Shown: positions 1-9,863 of the stretch, piece after piece
How the letters are laid out: the number at the start of each line of letters is the position of its first letter
Numbering within the stretch: position 1 is the stretch's first letter
Source of the DNA: Nitrososphaerota archaeon
GTDB lineage: Archaea; Thermoproteota; Nitrososphaeria_A; Caldarchaeales; Calditenuaceae
Direction: 5' to 3'
NCBI GenBank assembly: GCA_038741355.1
Contig: JAVYLC010000002.1
Coordinates: 8,738 to 72,737, forward strand
Length of the DNA stretch: 64,000 bases
Notes under the pieces: model-generated
What the model was told of the DNA's origin: nothing
The model's database searches: none
Seen by the model: only the letters and a program-made list of their open reading frames with translations
Made by a program: the position numbers and the translations under genes

Positions 1-107
1 ACACAACTATAACATACAACCCATTCTCGTTCTCGGTAATACTCAGCCAAGTGATAAAGCCATCGCCCTGGGGAAGCTGGGCACCGGAACCCAGTCTGTC
101 CCAATTT

Positions 108-1241
108 CTATGGCTCTGTAACCATTCCGGTCTTTTTGAGGAGACTATATGCTCCCGTGGGCGTGAGGGGGGCGTGGTGTAGTATGGTGTATCTCTCTGG
201 GCGTAGGTTTTTACACTCTAGGAGGGCCTTTAGAGCCACCTCCGAAGAAACCTTGATGTCCGTAATGCTTGTAGGTGCTCCGGCCCGCCCTAAGTAGCTC
301 CTCAGCTCCTGGAATGTCAGCTCGGACCCCTGCTCAGGTAGGGAATCAAAGTCCTCATACCTGGCAGCCATCAATATAGCGCCTATCCCCACCTGCTCGC
401 CGTGCAGCCCACTCCCCTCACCCACCAAGTCGAGATAGTGTGAGAAGAGGTGTTCAGCCCCTGAGCACGGCCTCGAGGACTCCGCGAGGGTCATGGCTAG
501 TCCACACTTCACGGCTGCAGAGGCGAGGAGTAGGACATTGCTACAACCCGCATCGATGAATCTCCTAATATCGAGGAGGGCGGATGCGGTGAGGTTGAAC
601 GTTGTTTTGCAGAAGTATTCGTCCTTGACGAGGTGGCCGAGCAGCCAGTCTCTCAAGGATGTTGTTTTGGCGAGTATGTCGGCGCATCCTGAGGAGATGA
701 GCCGTCTGGGGGAGAGCTTAATCAGCGGCTCTGTTATCACTACTGTCTGGGGCGGTGTAGCCATCAGACTAGTCCTCCTAGAGCCGAGCAGGATTGATGC
801 GACCGGTGAGGATATGCCGTCGTGGGAGATGGTTGTGGGTATTGAGATGAAGGGTATGCCCAGCCTGTGAGCCGCGTATTTGCAGACATCTATAACCGTG
901 CCCCCGCCAACTGCAACAGCGAGCGAGCAGTTTGAGGCGACCCTCTCAAGCTCTGAGACCGTCCCTATATCCGCCCTCTCAACCTCAAACACTACTGAGC
1001 CATAGCCATGCTTGGAGAAGTGTGCTTTAACGAGCTCGCCGGCAATTGATCGCGTTTTATGCCCTGTCACAACTGCTACGGGGCCCCGGGGATCTATCCC
1101 ACTCGTCACAAGGTCCAGAAGCTCGCCCAGTGAGTCGCCGAAAAGGATCTGGCGGGTTGCCACCTTATGCACCCTGCCGCAGCTGCAGTCGAACTTCTCT
1201 CCGAGCCTGATCTCTGGGACAGTCAGCAGGGAGGGTGGCAT
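108..1241 (-). CDS. egsA: NAD(P)-dependent glycerol-1-phosphate dehydrogenase-like (iron-ADH/DHQ-synthase fold)
   Basis: 377 aa. Motifs AVGGGTVIDVCKYAA and ISIPTTISHDGISSP are typical of the G1PDH / glycerol dehydrogenase superfamily. On the minus strand a TATA-like box (tataattttta) lies ~30 bp upstream of the start, at plus-strand positions 1273-1285. Confidence 0.6.
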   Translation of the reverse strand: MPPSLLTVPEIRLGEKFDCSCGRVHKVATRQILFGDSLGELLDLVTSGIDPRGPVAVVTGHKTRSIAGELVKAHFSKHGYGSVVFEVERADIGTVSELERVASNCSLAVAVGGGTVIDVCKYAAHRLGIPFISIPTTISHDGISSPVASILLGSRRTSLMATPPQTVVITEPLIKLSPRRLISSGCADILAKTTSLRDWLLGHLVKDEYFCKTTFNLTASALLDIRRFIDAGCSNVLLLASAAVKCGLAMTLAESSRPCSGAEHLFSHYLDLVGEGSGLHGEQVGIGAILMAARYEDFDSLPEQGSELTFQELRSYLGRAGAPTSITDIKVSSEVALKALLECKNLRPERYTILHHAPLTPTGAYSLLKKTGMVTEP

Positions 1242-1368
1242 GGAGGAGCTAAAGCTTACTATTTATGCGGCTTAAAAATTATAGCTCTAAGACCACCATC
1301 CACAATACGGGCTTCACGAGATATTACGAGATATTAATCATTTATATCCGTTGCGACAGTCTCAATAC

Positions 1369-2334
1369 ATGTCCAAGAACTCGGGCAAAGCTGGGCGGTT
1401 CTATCCGGTAGACTCCCTCAAATCTCCCCGCTTCACTGGCCCCTACACTTTTGCGAGGCTGCCATACACACGGGACTTGGAGGGGGTTGATGCGCTCTTC
1501 ATAGGGGTCCCCTTCGATGGGGGTGTTGTCTTTAGGCCTGGTGCGAGGTTCGGTCCAGCGGCAGTTAGGCAGGCATCGCTACTTCTACGCCTCTACAACC
1601 CATACCTCAAGGTCAAGCCCTTCGACGTTCTAAACGTGGCCGACTACGGCGACATAAGCACCGTGCCCAGCAGCATAGAGTCTACATATCAGAGCATATC
1701 GCGGGAGCTGAGCGCGATCCACGAGAGAAGAATAACGCCACTAGTATGTGGTGGGGACCACTCGATAACACTCCCACTTCTTAGAGAGGCATCAAAAGCC
1801 TATGGGAGGCTAGCGCTAATCCATGTTGACGCTCATCTAGACATGGTTGAACAGCACTTCTCCCAGAAATACACACACGGAACGGTTTTCAGGAGGGCCT
1901 TCGAGGAGGGCCTCGTAGACCCTCACAGGTCGGTTCATGTAGGGATTAGAGGGAGCCTCTTCTCGGAGGACGAGATAAGCGAGACAGAGTCCCTCGGCTT
2001 CAAAGTCATAACCATGGAGACCATCGAGGAGAGGGGGGTAGTGGGCGTCAGCAGCGAGATTAAGAGGAGGGTTGGCGGGGGAGCTGTGTACCTCTCATTC
2101 GATATAGACGCCTGCGACCCATCATGTGCACCTGGAACTGGGACGCCGGAGGTGGGTGGCCTCTCTTCCCGAGAAGCGTTAAGGCTCCTGTACGGCCTCG
2201 CCGGCCTGGAGTTTGTAGGCTTCGACTTGGTAGAGATCGCCCCACCTTACGATCACGGGGAGATAACGGCATTCCTAGCCGCCAACATAATCTATGAATT
2301 CCTATCCCTCAAAGCCTTAAGAAAGACGCGATAA
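1369..2334 (+). CDS. speB: agmatinase (ureohydrolase family)
   Basis: GGDHSITLPLL, DAHLD and SFDIDACDP are arginase/agmatinase Mn-binding motifs. The track ORF starts at a TTG at 1351. The ATG at 1369 is preferred because a TATA-like tttatat sits at 1341-1347, ~25 bp upstream. Confidence 0.8.
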   Translation: MSKNSGKAGRFYPVDSLKSPRFTGPYTFARLPYTRDLEGVDALFIGVPFDGGVVFRPGARFGPAAVRQASLLLRLYNPYLKVKPFDVLNVADYGDISTVPSSIESTYQSISRELSAIHERRITPLVCGGDHSITLPLLREASKAYGRLALIHVDAHLDMVEQHFSQKYTHGTVFRRAFEEGLVDPHRSVHVGIRGSLFSEDEISETESLGFKVITMETIEERGVVGVSSEIKRRVGGGAVYLSFDIDACDPSCAPGTGTPEVGGLSSREALRLLYGLAGLEFVGFDLVEIAPPYDHGEITAFLAANIIYEFLSLKALRKTR

Positions 2335-2354
2335 AAAAATGGTTATGCTGGGTG

Positions 2355-3836
2355 CTAATAGCTAAGTTTAAGGATGCTCTTCCACTCCTTCGTTAGCTCT
2401 GTCGTCGCAGTTACCTCGTCAACATTTCCCGCGACATACTCGGTAATCCACTTGGCTATCGAGTCCTCTAGCATCGGGTTCTCAGGCACGTAGTTTCTGA
2501 ACCCTGCCTTAAGCAGGGAATCTAGGAAGACCTCCTTGAATATTCCAGGATACTTCGGTGCTAGAGACTCTATCACGCTCTTCCTCCCTGGGAAGGAGGA
2601 AGCAACATTCCACTGCTTCACAGCGGACTCCGGCAGGACTAGGAACTGTGTGAACAGCCAAGCCTCGCGCGGATTCTTAGAGTATCTGCTAACACCTATC
2701 TGCCAAGTACCATCGATCGGGACTCCCGGTGGTGGGGAAACCCAGATTTTTCCAGCGGTCTCGGGATAGTTCTGCGCCCCCTTCTCTATGAAGTCTATGA
2801 AGGTTGAGGCCCATGAGCCAGCCCACATGGCAGCCTTTCCCCTGCCTAAGAGCTCCATGCACTCAGACCACTCCGTCTGTGTAGCGTTCGGAACATAGTT
2901 ACAGAGCTCTTTGAATAATCTCGTTATCTTGATGCCCATGTCTGTTATCTCTGGGTCGAAGGCTATTCGGCCATCTTGGGTGAAGAGGTCACCCCATGGC
3001 TCAACCGGCTGACCCAGCTTAGAGACCCCCTCTGGCGACCTCCTCCACTGGGCAAAAAGCCAGGCGTACTCCCAGTGGATCGTGTGTGTCCTCATAGCCA
3101 TTATGGTGTTTCCAGCCTCGACTGGCGAGTCGGGGTTGTATCTCTTGGTGAAGAAGCGCCCTATGGCAAATACGTCTTCAAGAGTCTTGGGGACAACTAG
3201 GCTGGTGGGAATCTTCTTAGGGTCAAGCCCTAGGTCTGGAGCAATTGACTGAAGGTCGGAGAGGTTCCTGTCAATCCACTTGCTATACATGTCCTTTATC
3301 CTGGAGTCTTCCCAGAGGTCTCTCCTGTAAAACATGGCCATTACGTTGGCTGTGATTACATACCCAATCCTCTTCCCCTCCCAGTGCATATATCGCCGAT
3401 CAATGGTCTCGAGGAAGTCACCATACTCCTTGAATATCTCCGCATCAGGGTATCGCGATCTGAGCTCATCTATTGGGTAGCAGTGAGGGCCGAAGGCGCC
3501 AGTATAAATGCAGTCCCACATATAGACATCATACTCGCCCGCTCTTGTTGCGAAGTCGTGGAGCTGTCTATCCCTGCCCGTCTCCCAGTCGAAGAGAAGG
3601 AGCTCAACCTCAATGTTCGGATACTTGATCTTGAAGTCCTCCTCTGCGACGGCCTTCATCCCAGGGGCTGAGTGTGCGATAGCGACGACCCTAATCTTCT
3701 TCTGGGTCGGCTGGAGCGAGCTCCAAGCATATAGGCCCGCGCCAGCAGCCACAGCGGCGATTGCTACGCCTATCCCAACCTTAGCCGCGGTGGAGATGGC
3801 TTCTCGCCTGGTGATAAGGTCTTTCAGGTCGACCAT
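2355..3836 (-). CDS. ABC transporter extracellular solute-binding protein (sugar type) with N-terminal membrane anchor
   Basis: 493 aa. N-terminal hydrophobic anchor followed by an SBP-like fold. Divergently transcribed from the two permease genes. Confidence 0.7.
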   Translation of the reverse strand: MVDLKDLITRREAISTAAKVGIGVAIAAVAAGAGLYAWSSLQPTQKKIRVVAIAHSAPGMKAVAEEDFKIKYPNIEVELLLFDWETGRDRQLHDFATRAGEYDVYMWDCIYTGAFGPHCYPIDELRSRYPDAEIFKEYGDFLETIDRRYMHWEGKRIGYVITANVMAMFYRRDLWEDSRIKDMYSKWIDRNLSDLQSIAPDLGLDPKKIPTSLVVPKTLEDVFAIGRFFTKRYNPDSPVEAGNTIMAMRTHTIHWEYAWLFAQWRRSPEGVSKLGQPVEPWGDLFTQDGRIAFDPEITDMGIKITRLFKELCNYVPNATQTEWSECMELLGRGKAAMWAGSWASTFIDFIEKGAQNYPETAGKIWVSPPPGVPIDGTWQIGVSRYSKNPREAWLFTQFLVLPESAVKQWNVASSFPGRKSVIESLAPKYPGIFKEVFLDSLLKAGFRNYVPENPMLEDSIAKWITEYVAGNVDEVTATTELTKEWKSILKLSY

Positions 3837-3944
3837 AGCTTTTCATATGTATTCGGTTGATGTTTTGATATAAGCTTTTCCACGAGTCTTTTACACTGAG
3901 TGCAATTGATTTTTATATTCCACACCAAGTTTTAATGTGCGGAA

Positions 3945-4844
3945 TTGGGGAGCAGGAGTTCAGGTCTTCTATTCATAGCTCCGGCGACGGTTTACTTGGT
4001 GGCTTTAGTCATCTATCCGACAGTCTATCTCTACTACATGATCTTCCACTCCCTCAACCCTCTCTTCGACGTCACTCCCAGGTTTGTAGGCCTACAAAAC
4101 TTCTATACACTGCTGCAAGACTTGGACGCATCATACGCCATTCTAGCCATGCTCCTGTTGACGGGGATCACCGTCCCTGTCCAACTTGCTCTCGGATCGC
4201 TCTTAGCGCTGCTGTTTACCTCGCCACACCTGAGGGGAAGGCTAGTCCTACGATCCATTATGCTGATACCGTTGAGCATACCTGCCGTGATAGTTGGTCT
4301 AAACTGGAAGATGATCTTCTTCACATACGGGCCGTTGAACACCTTCCTCAGCTCAGTCGGTCTCGAGCCGCAGCCATGGCTTAGCGCGCCCTTCGGCCAC
4401 ACTTTCAACACATTCTTCGTCCTAGCAGTTTTAGATATATGGCAGTGGACCCCCTTTGTGGCCCTAGCTGTTGCCGCCGGCATAGAGAGTATACCACCCT
4501 ATATCCAAGAAGCTGCGGCCTTGGACGGCGCCACACGTCTCCAAATGATCCGGCATATAGTTTTTCCACTGAGCAAAACTGTCATAATCATCGTGTTATT
4601 GTTCAGGCTCATTGATTCTTTAAAGATCTTTGACATAATCTACATGCTGACTTTCGGCGGGCCTGGAAACCTAACAACCACTCTACCATTCTACATCTAT
4701 AAGGTTGGCTTCACCCTGACTGCCGCTAGGGCGGATATCGGATATGCCTCTCTTCTAGCAGTAATTCTACTCCTGATCGCTACTTTCCTCGTCCTGTTTG
4801 TGTTGACGCGTGTCCTCAACGTTAAACGAGTGGTGTGGGAGTGA
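3945..4844 (+). CDS. ABC sugar transporter permease (MalF/UgpA-like)
   Basis: 6 TM segments. EAAALDGAT is the EAA-loop permease signature. Confidence 0.8.
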   Translation: MGSRSSGLLFIAPATVYLVALVIYPTVYLYYMIFHSLNPLFDVTPRFVGLQNFYTLLQDLDASYAILAMLLLTGITVPVQLALGSLLALLFTSPHLRGRLVLRSIMLIPLSIPAVIVGLNWKMIFFTYGPLNTFLSSVGLEPQPWLSAPFGHTFNTFFVLAVLDIWQWTPFVALAVAAGIESIPPYIQEAAALDGATRLQMIRHIVFPLSKTVIIIVLLFRLIDSLKIFDIIYMLTFGGPGNLTTTLPFYIYKVGFTLTAARADIGYASLLAVILLLIATFLVLFVLTRVLNVKRVVWE

Positions 4845-4847
4845 GGG

Positions 4848-5702
4848 GTGTTGGGTTTGGATAAGAGGATTTTAGGACTCGCCATCACGTTCAGCGCATG
4901 GGCCCTCGGAATCATATACTTGCTCCCCTTCATATGGATGATAGGAACGTCTTTTAAGCCAATAGGCGAGTGGGGGCTACCTACACTCTTCCCCCAAAAC
5001 CCCACAGGTACGAACTACTCGGAGATCCTAGTCACGGGCGGTGTCTATGGCGTCAGGGGACACTTCCCTCCCATACTGAGATATCTCCTAAACAGTGTTG
5101 TGGTCTCGGTAACTGTTGCAATCTTGACAAGCCTCTTGGGCGCATTTACCGCCTACGGAATTCTTAGATACCGCGCAGGCGGTACATTCTTCGCCAACTG
5201 GATACTAAGCCTCAGAATGATACCGCCAGTCGTCATACTCTATCCGCTCGTAGTCTTAACGAAGGCAATCAACCTCTATAACACTCTTGGCGGCCTAATA
5301 TTCGTCTACCCGGTGATAACTCTACCTATAGTTACTTGGTTCATGATAGGGGCTTTTAAGAGTGTTCCACGAGAGACTGAGGAGGCCGCGATGCTCGATG
5401 GTTGCACTCCATTCCAAGTCTTCACGAGAATCGCGCTCCCCCAGGCTTCTCTAGGGCTCGCCACCTCGGCGATATTTGCTTTTCTCTTCAGCTGGTCCGA
5501 GTTCCTGATACCTCTCCTCCTAGCCCCCAGTGAGAGCGCCATGCCGCTCACGGCTTTTGCCGGATACTTCTCAAACCAGTATGGAATATTGTGGGGGCCG
5601 CTCTCCGCAGCTGCCGTGATAATATCTCTACCAGTAATAGTGATAGCCATAATGATTCAGAAATATCTGATTAGAGGTCTTACGCTAGGCTTCATACGCT
5701 GA
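4848..5702 (+). CDS. ABC sugar transporter permease (MalG/UgpE-like)
   Basis: EEAAMLDGCTPFQVF EAA loop. Lies 4 bp after the previous permease gene. Confidence 0.8.
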   Translation: MLGLDKRILGLAITFSAWALGIIYLLPFIWMIGTSFKPIGEWGLPTLFPQNPTGTNYSEILVTGGVYGVRGHFPPILRYLLNSVVVSVTVAILTSLLGAFTAYGILRYRAGGTFFANWILSLRMIPPVVILYPLVVLTKAINLYNTLGGLIFVYPVITLPIVTWFMIGAFKSVPRETEEAAMLDGCTPFQVFTRIALPQASLGLATSAIFAFLFSWSEFLIPLLLAPSESAMPLTAFAGYFSNQYGILWGPLSAAAVIISLPVIVIAIMIQKYLIRGLTLGFIR

Positions 5703-5742
5703 GCGGTAAAGGTTAATAGCCGCAGCCGCCGTTTTTAACAAT

Positions 5743-6183
5743 ATGAGCGAGACAAGTATCCCTCGCGACGGCCTCACAGATGAAGAAATTAAAAACATTC
5801 TCATAAAATCGAAGAGGATCGCCGTCGTAGGGATGTCGAGGGACCCTCAGAAGCCCTCAAACTATGTTCCGAGATATCTAATCTCTAAGGGATACATCGT
5901 CGTTCCAGTAAACCCGTCGGCTACTGAGATTCTGGGGTTGAAATCCTATAGAAGCTTGTTGGAGCTTGATACTGTTATTGACGTTGTAGATGTCTTTAGG
6001 CCGTCGGAGGAAGTGTTGGGGGTGGCGGAGCAGGCGCTTAAGATTAGGCCGCAGGTCTTCTGGATGCAGGAGGGAATATACAACGAGGCAGCCGCCAGGC
6101 TCCTCTCGTCCAATGGGATCAAAGTTGTCTGGAACAGGTGTATGATGCGGGAACATATAAGGCTCCTCGGCTCAGGATTGTAG
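5743..6183 (+). CDS. CoA-binding domain protein
   Basis: 146 aa. RIAVVGMSRDPQKPS...PVNP pattern of the CoA_binding_2 family. Confidence 0.55.
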   Translation: MSETSIPRDGLTDEEIKNILIKSKRIAVVGMSRDPQKPSNYVPRYLISKGYIVVPVNPSATEILGLKSYRSLLELDTVIDVVDVFRPSEEVLGVAEQALKIRPQVFWMQEGIYNEAAARLLSSNGIKVVWNRCMMREHIRLLGSGL

Positions 6184-6195
6184 TCGCCACCCCCA

Positions 6196-7776
6196 CTATT
6201 TTTCCTTCACAATCGTCTGGGCCTGCTCTCTCAGGAAGTTCAGCAGATAGTGTGGCCCACCTACGCCTCTACCCGTAGCGCCGCTTGCCTTCCACCCCAC
6301 AAACGTCTGGGCTCCAGGCCATGCTCCCGTCGTTGCGCCGCCGCGCCTATTGGCATAGCAGACGCCGAACTGGATCTCGTCAAAGAAGTACCTGACCTCC
6401 TCCGGGTCTTCAGAGAATATCCCAGCGGTCAAACCGTATTCTGTGTCGTTCGCCATCCTCAGTGCTTCTTGGAGGGTCTTGAAGGGGCAGACCAAGAGTA
6501 TGGGGAGGAAGAGCTCGTCCCTCCATAGGTGATGCTCTGCGGGCAGGTCAGCGATTATGGTGGGCTGGACATAGTAGCCGCGGTCGAAGATTCCGCCGGC
6601 CAGTACCTCGCCGCCAAACAGTATCCTCCCAGCCCTCCGAGCCTCCTCGACGTATTTCTTGAAGTTCTCGAGGGCTCGCTTATTGATGACGGGTCCCATG
6701 AATGTATCTCTCTCGCGGGGGTCTCCCACCCTCAGCCTGCTTGTCTCAGCGACCAGCCTAACAAGGAACTTGTCCATTATAGACTCTTGGACGTAGAGCC
6801 TTGAGGTAGCGGAGCACTTCTGTCCTCCATAACCGAATGCCGCCCTGATAACCCCAGTCACAGCCTTCTCTATGTCCGCCTTCTCAGTTACAATTGTGGG
6901 GTTCTTGCTCCCCATCTCAAGCACGATGGGCTTTGGATATGGCTGGCTCGTGAGGAACCTCCTATAGAGCCTCATACCTACATCCCTCGACCCTGTGAAT
7001 GCTATGCCAGCCACCTTCGTGTTGGTGGTGACCTCCTCCTCAAACACATCGCCCGGCCCAGTGACATAGTTGATAACCCCTGGAGGCACCCCAGCATCCC
7101 TGAAGACCCAGTAGAGTAGCAGGCCCGAAAGAGGCGCCTCACTAGTAGGCTTGAACACGACTGTATTTCCTGTCAAGAGTGCTCCGAGTATCATGCCATT
7201 CGCAAGCATGAATGGAAAGTTGAAGGGGGAGATCACAACCCATGCGCCGTATGGCTTGGCCGCCATCCTGCATTCCTCTCCCGGAGCACCCGGCCCCATC
7301 TCCCTCTCATATCCTTGGTTCTTCTCCATTATGTCCGCATAGTAGCGTAGAGCGTCTATGGCCTCCCAGCACTCGGCCAGCGCCTCAAACCTATTCTTAC
7401 CGACCTCGAGGCATATGACGGCCGCGATCTCGAACTTTCTCTCATCGACAATCTCAGCCGCCCTCCGCATAATAGCTACACGCTCACGCCAACTCCTTCT
7501 AAACCATTGCGCAAAAGCCTTGTCAGCAACCTCAATGGCCCTTGCGACATGCTTCCGCTCAGCCTTCTGGAACTTGCCGATAAGAATTGAGGCGTCTATC
7601 GGGGACCTGTCCTCGAACTCACCCGCCTCTGACCACGCCTCCTCGCCCCCGATATACATTGGATGGCTCTTGCCAAGTTTCTTGGCCGTGACTTCCCTGA
7701 GAGCCTCCTCGAAGGCTGGGTGTATGCTCGGATCACTCATCAGGGTTACATATGTTATTTTGGCTCCACTAGACAT
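6196..7776 (-). CDS. NAD(P)+-dependent aldehyde dehydrogenase family protein
   Basis: 526 aa. Carries the ALDH catalytic motifs LEMGSKNP and GQKCSATSRLYV. Confidence 0.85.
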   Translation of the reverse strand: MSSGAKITYVTLMSDPSIHPAFEEALREVTAKKLGKSHPMYIGGEEAWSEAGEFEDRSPIDASILIGKFQKAERKHVARAIEVADKAFAQWFRRSWRERVAIMRRAAEIVDERKFEIAAVICLEVGKNRFEALAECWEAIDALRYYADIMEKNQGYEREMGPGAPGEECRMAAKPYGAWVVISPFNFPFMLANGMILGALLTGNTVVFKPTSEAPLSGLLLYWVFRDAGVPPGVINYVTGPGDVFEEEVTTNTKVAGIAFTGSRDVGMRLYRRFLTSQPYPKPIVLEMGSKNPTIVTEKADIEKAVTGVIRAAFGYGGQKCSATSRLYVQESIMDKFLVRLVAETSRLRVGDPRERDTFMGPVINKRALENFKKYVEEARRAGRILFGGEVLAGGIFDRGYYVQPTIIADLPAEHHLWRDELFLPILLVCPFKTLQEALRMANDTEYGLTAGIFSEDPEEVRYFFDEIQFGVCYANRRGGATTGAWPGAQTFVGWKASGATGRGVGGPHYLLNFLREQAQTIVKEK

Positions 7777-7873
7777 CGGATTTCAATGGGTTAGAGTCTC
7801 GTAAAAGGGTTACGGATATCCCCGAGCTACTCGCTATACCGCATCCTTATTAACCTGAAAGCCCCCAAAAAAC

Positions 7874-9265
7874 TTGATGGCTCCTATCAAGTTAGCAGTT
7901 ATAGGTGCTGGAAGCGCCGTCTGGTCTATCAGACTGATAGGTGACTTATGCGTCACTAAGGATCTCTGGGGGTCGACAATAGCTCTGATGGATATCGACA
8001 AGAGGAGGCTTAGCGTAGTCTACGAGCTCGCTAAGAGGTATGCAAAGGAGACAGGTGCAGACTATAAGTTTATACATACAGACAATAGGGGTGAGGCGCT
8101 TAAGGATGCTGATTTCGTGATTAACGCAGCTCTTGCGGGAGGCCACCACAACTACGAGGTCCAGAGGAAAGTAGCTGAAGAGCAAGGTTACTACAGGGGC
8201 ATCGATGCAGTAGATCATAACATGGTCTCGGACTACCACGTCTTCGGCGGGTACAACCAGTTCAAACTCTTCACCGACATTCTACTGGACATGGAGCGGC
8301 TCTGCTCGGACGCTTGGCTCATCAACATCGCCAACCCCCTATTCGAGCTATGCACACTCGGAACACGAATTTCCAAGATAAAGATAGTGGGGCTGTGCCA
8401 CGGCCACCTGGGGTATAGAGAGCTGGCCTCGGCCCTTGGGCTTGACTATAGGCGCGTCACATTCGAGGCGCCCGGCATCAACCACTGCATCTGGCTGACA
8501 GACTTTAGGTATGAGGGAGAAAACGCATACCCACTAATTGATGAGTGGATAGAGAAGTATGCGGAGGAGTATTGGCGTAACTGGAAGCCAGAGTTCTGGG
8601 AGACGCAGATGTCTCCAGCATCTGTTGACATGTACCGGAGATACGGGCTCTTCCCTATAGGCGACACCACCCGGAGCGGGGGCTGGAAATACCACTACAA
8701 CCTTGAGACAAAGAAGAGGTGGTATGGACATTTAGGAGGATTCGACTCTGAGCTAGGGTGGGAAGCCTACCTCTCATACCTTCGAAAACGACTGGAGAGG
8801 CTTGAGGAGATTGCCTCAGACCCGTCCAAATCAATCACAGAGGAAGTTCCGCCAGTGCTCAGCGACGAGTCTGTAGTCCCAGTAATAAACTCGATACATA
8901 GCGACAAGGAGGCGATTTACCAGGTGAACGTGCCTAACAATGGCGTCATCCCTGGGATCCCCCATAACGTGGTGGTGGAGGCTCCAGCGGCAGTTTCTGC
9001 CAAGGGTGTTAGGCCGGTGCAGGTTACCCCTCTGCCTAAGAGGGTAGTGGAGATGGTGATCAAGCTGAGGATATTCAGGATGGAGCTTGGGGTTGAGGCC
9101 TTCCTAACCGGTGATAGAGATGTTCTGATTGAGGAGCTGCTCAGCGACCCGAGGACGAAAAGCCTAGAGCAGGCCGAGAGGGTGCTGGACGCCATAATGA
9201 GTCTTGAATTTAACAGGGAGATGGCTGAGCACTACAGGAGGAAAGGGAAGGAGCTCGCGGTTTAG
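7874..9265 (+). CDS. glycoside hydrolase family 4 (NAD/Mn-dependent alpha-glucosidase/galactosidase)
   Basis: N-terminal Rossmann motif KLAVIGAGSAVWS. GLCHGH and CIWLTD motifs are typical of GH4. 463 aa. Confidence 0.8.
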   Translation: MMAPIKLAVIGAGSAVWSIRLIGDLCVTKDLWGSTIALMDIDKRRLSVVYELAKRYAKETGADYKFIHTDNRGEALKDADFVINAALAGGHHNYEVQRKVAEEQGYYRGIDAVDHNMVSDYHVFGGYNQFKLFTDILLDMERLCSDAWLINIANPLFELCTLGTRISKIKIVGLCHGHLGYRELASALGLDYRRVTFEAPGINHCIWLTDFRYEGENAYPLIDEWIEKYAEEYWRNWKPEFWETQMSPASVDMYRRYGLFPIGDTTRSGGWKYHYNLETKKRWYGHLGGFDSELGWEAYLSYLRKRLERLEEIASDPSKSITEEVPPVLSDESVVPVINSIHSDKEAIYQVNVPNNGVIPGIPHNVVVEAPAAVSAKGVRPVQVTPLPKRVVEMVIKLRIFRMELGVEAFLTGDRDVLIEELLSDPRTKSLEQAERVLDAIMSLEFNREMAEHYRRKGKELAV

Positions 9266-9269
9266 AGCA

Positions 9270-9863
9270 CTACCACTCCATAGGCCTCCTCGAAAGTATC
9301 TCAGCACCGATGTGGACATTGTCTATGTGTTTGGATAGCTCGTGCGTCGTTCTGAATCTGGCGCCGCAGTAGGGGCATGAGATAACTTCCTTCTCAACCT
9401 CCGGCAGGATTGATGTTCTAGTGGTTAGTCCTCCTACCAGGGCCATTAGGGTCAAAACGCCCAAGACCTTTTTCCTATCCACGACAACTAGCCGCCTAAC
9501 CTGTCTAGAAGCCATGAGAGCAATTGCCTCGCTCAGCTTAGCCTTCGGGCTAATCGTTATGAGTGGTGAAGACATGATCTCCTTTATCTTCGTGTTATTT
9601 GGATCGCGCCCCTCGGCTACAACTCTGTAGAGGATGTCACGCTCAGTCACTATGCCGACGGGGTAGCCTTCTCGAGCGACTAGGACGCTTGTATGTCCAT
9701 GCGATCTCATCTCTAATGCGACCTCCTTTACGGTGGCCTCCTCCTTAACGACGATAAAGTCAGTTGTCATATACTTCTCGACTGGCTCGTTTAGCGCTTC
9801 CCAGTCCCGCACATGTTGTTGTCCGATACGGTTTAATATCAGCATTACTTTTGCGGCTGCCAT
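9270..9863 (-). CDS. tandem-CBS domain protein with C-terminal C2H2-type zinc finger
   Basis: CBS-pair-like region. C-terminal CPYCGARFRTTHELSKHIDNVH fits the C-x2-C-x12-H-x4-H C2H2 pattern. Confidence 0.6.
   Translation of the reverse strand: MAAAKVMLILNRIGQQHVRDWEALNEPVEKYMTTDFIVVKEEATVKEVALEMRSHGHTSVLVAREGYPVGIVTERDILYRVVAEGRDPNNTKIKEIMSSPLITISPKAKLSEAIALMASRQVRRLVVVDRKKVLGVLTLMALVGGLTTRTSILPEVEKEVISCPYCGARFRTTHELSKHIDNVHIGAEILSRRPMEW

Noticed and set aside
493-1275. Plus-strand ORFs 493-870 and 1012-1275 inside the G1P-dehydrogenase gene
   Set aside because: They are antisense to a well-supported CDS and have no motifs. Likewise the many 60-150-aa antisense ORFs inside hemA-hemL, the aldehyde dehydrogenase, TiaS, the GGR-family gene and others were treated as spurious.
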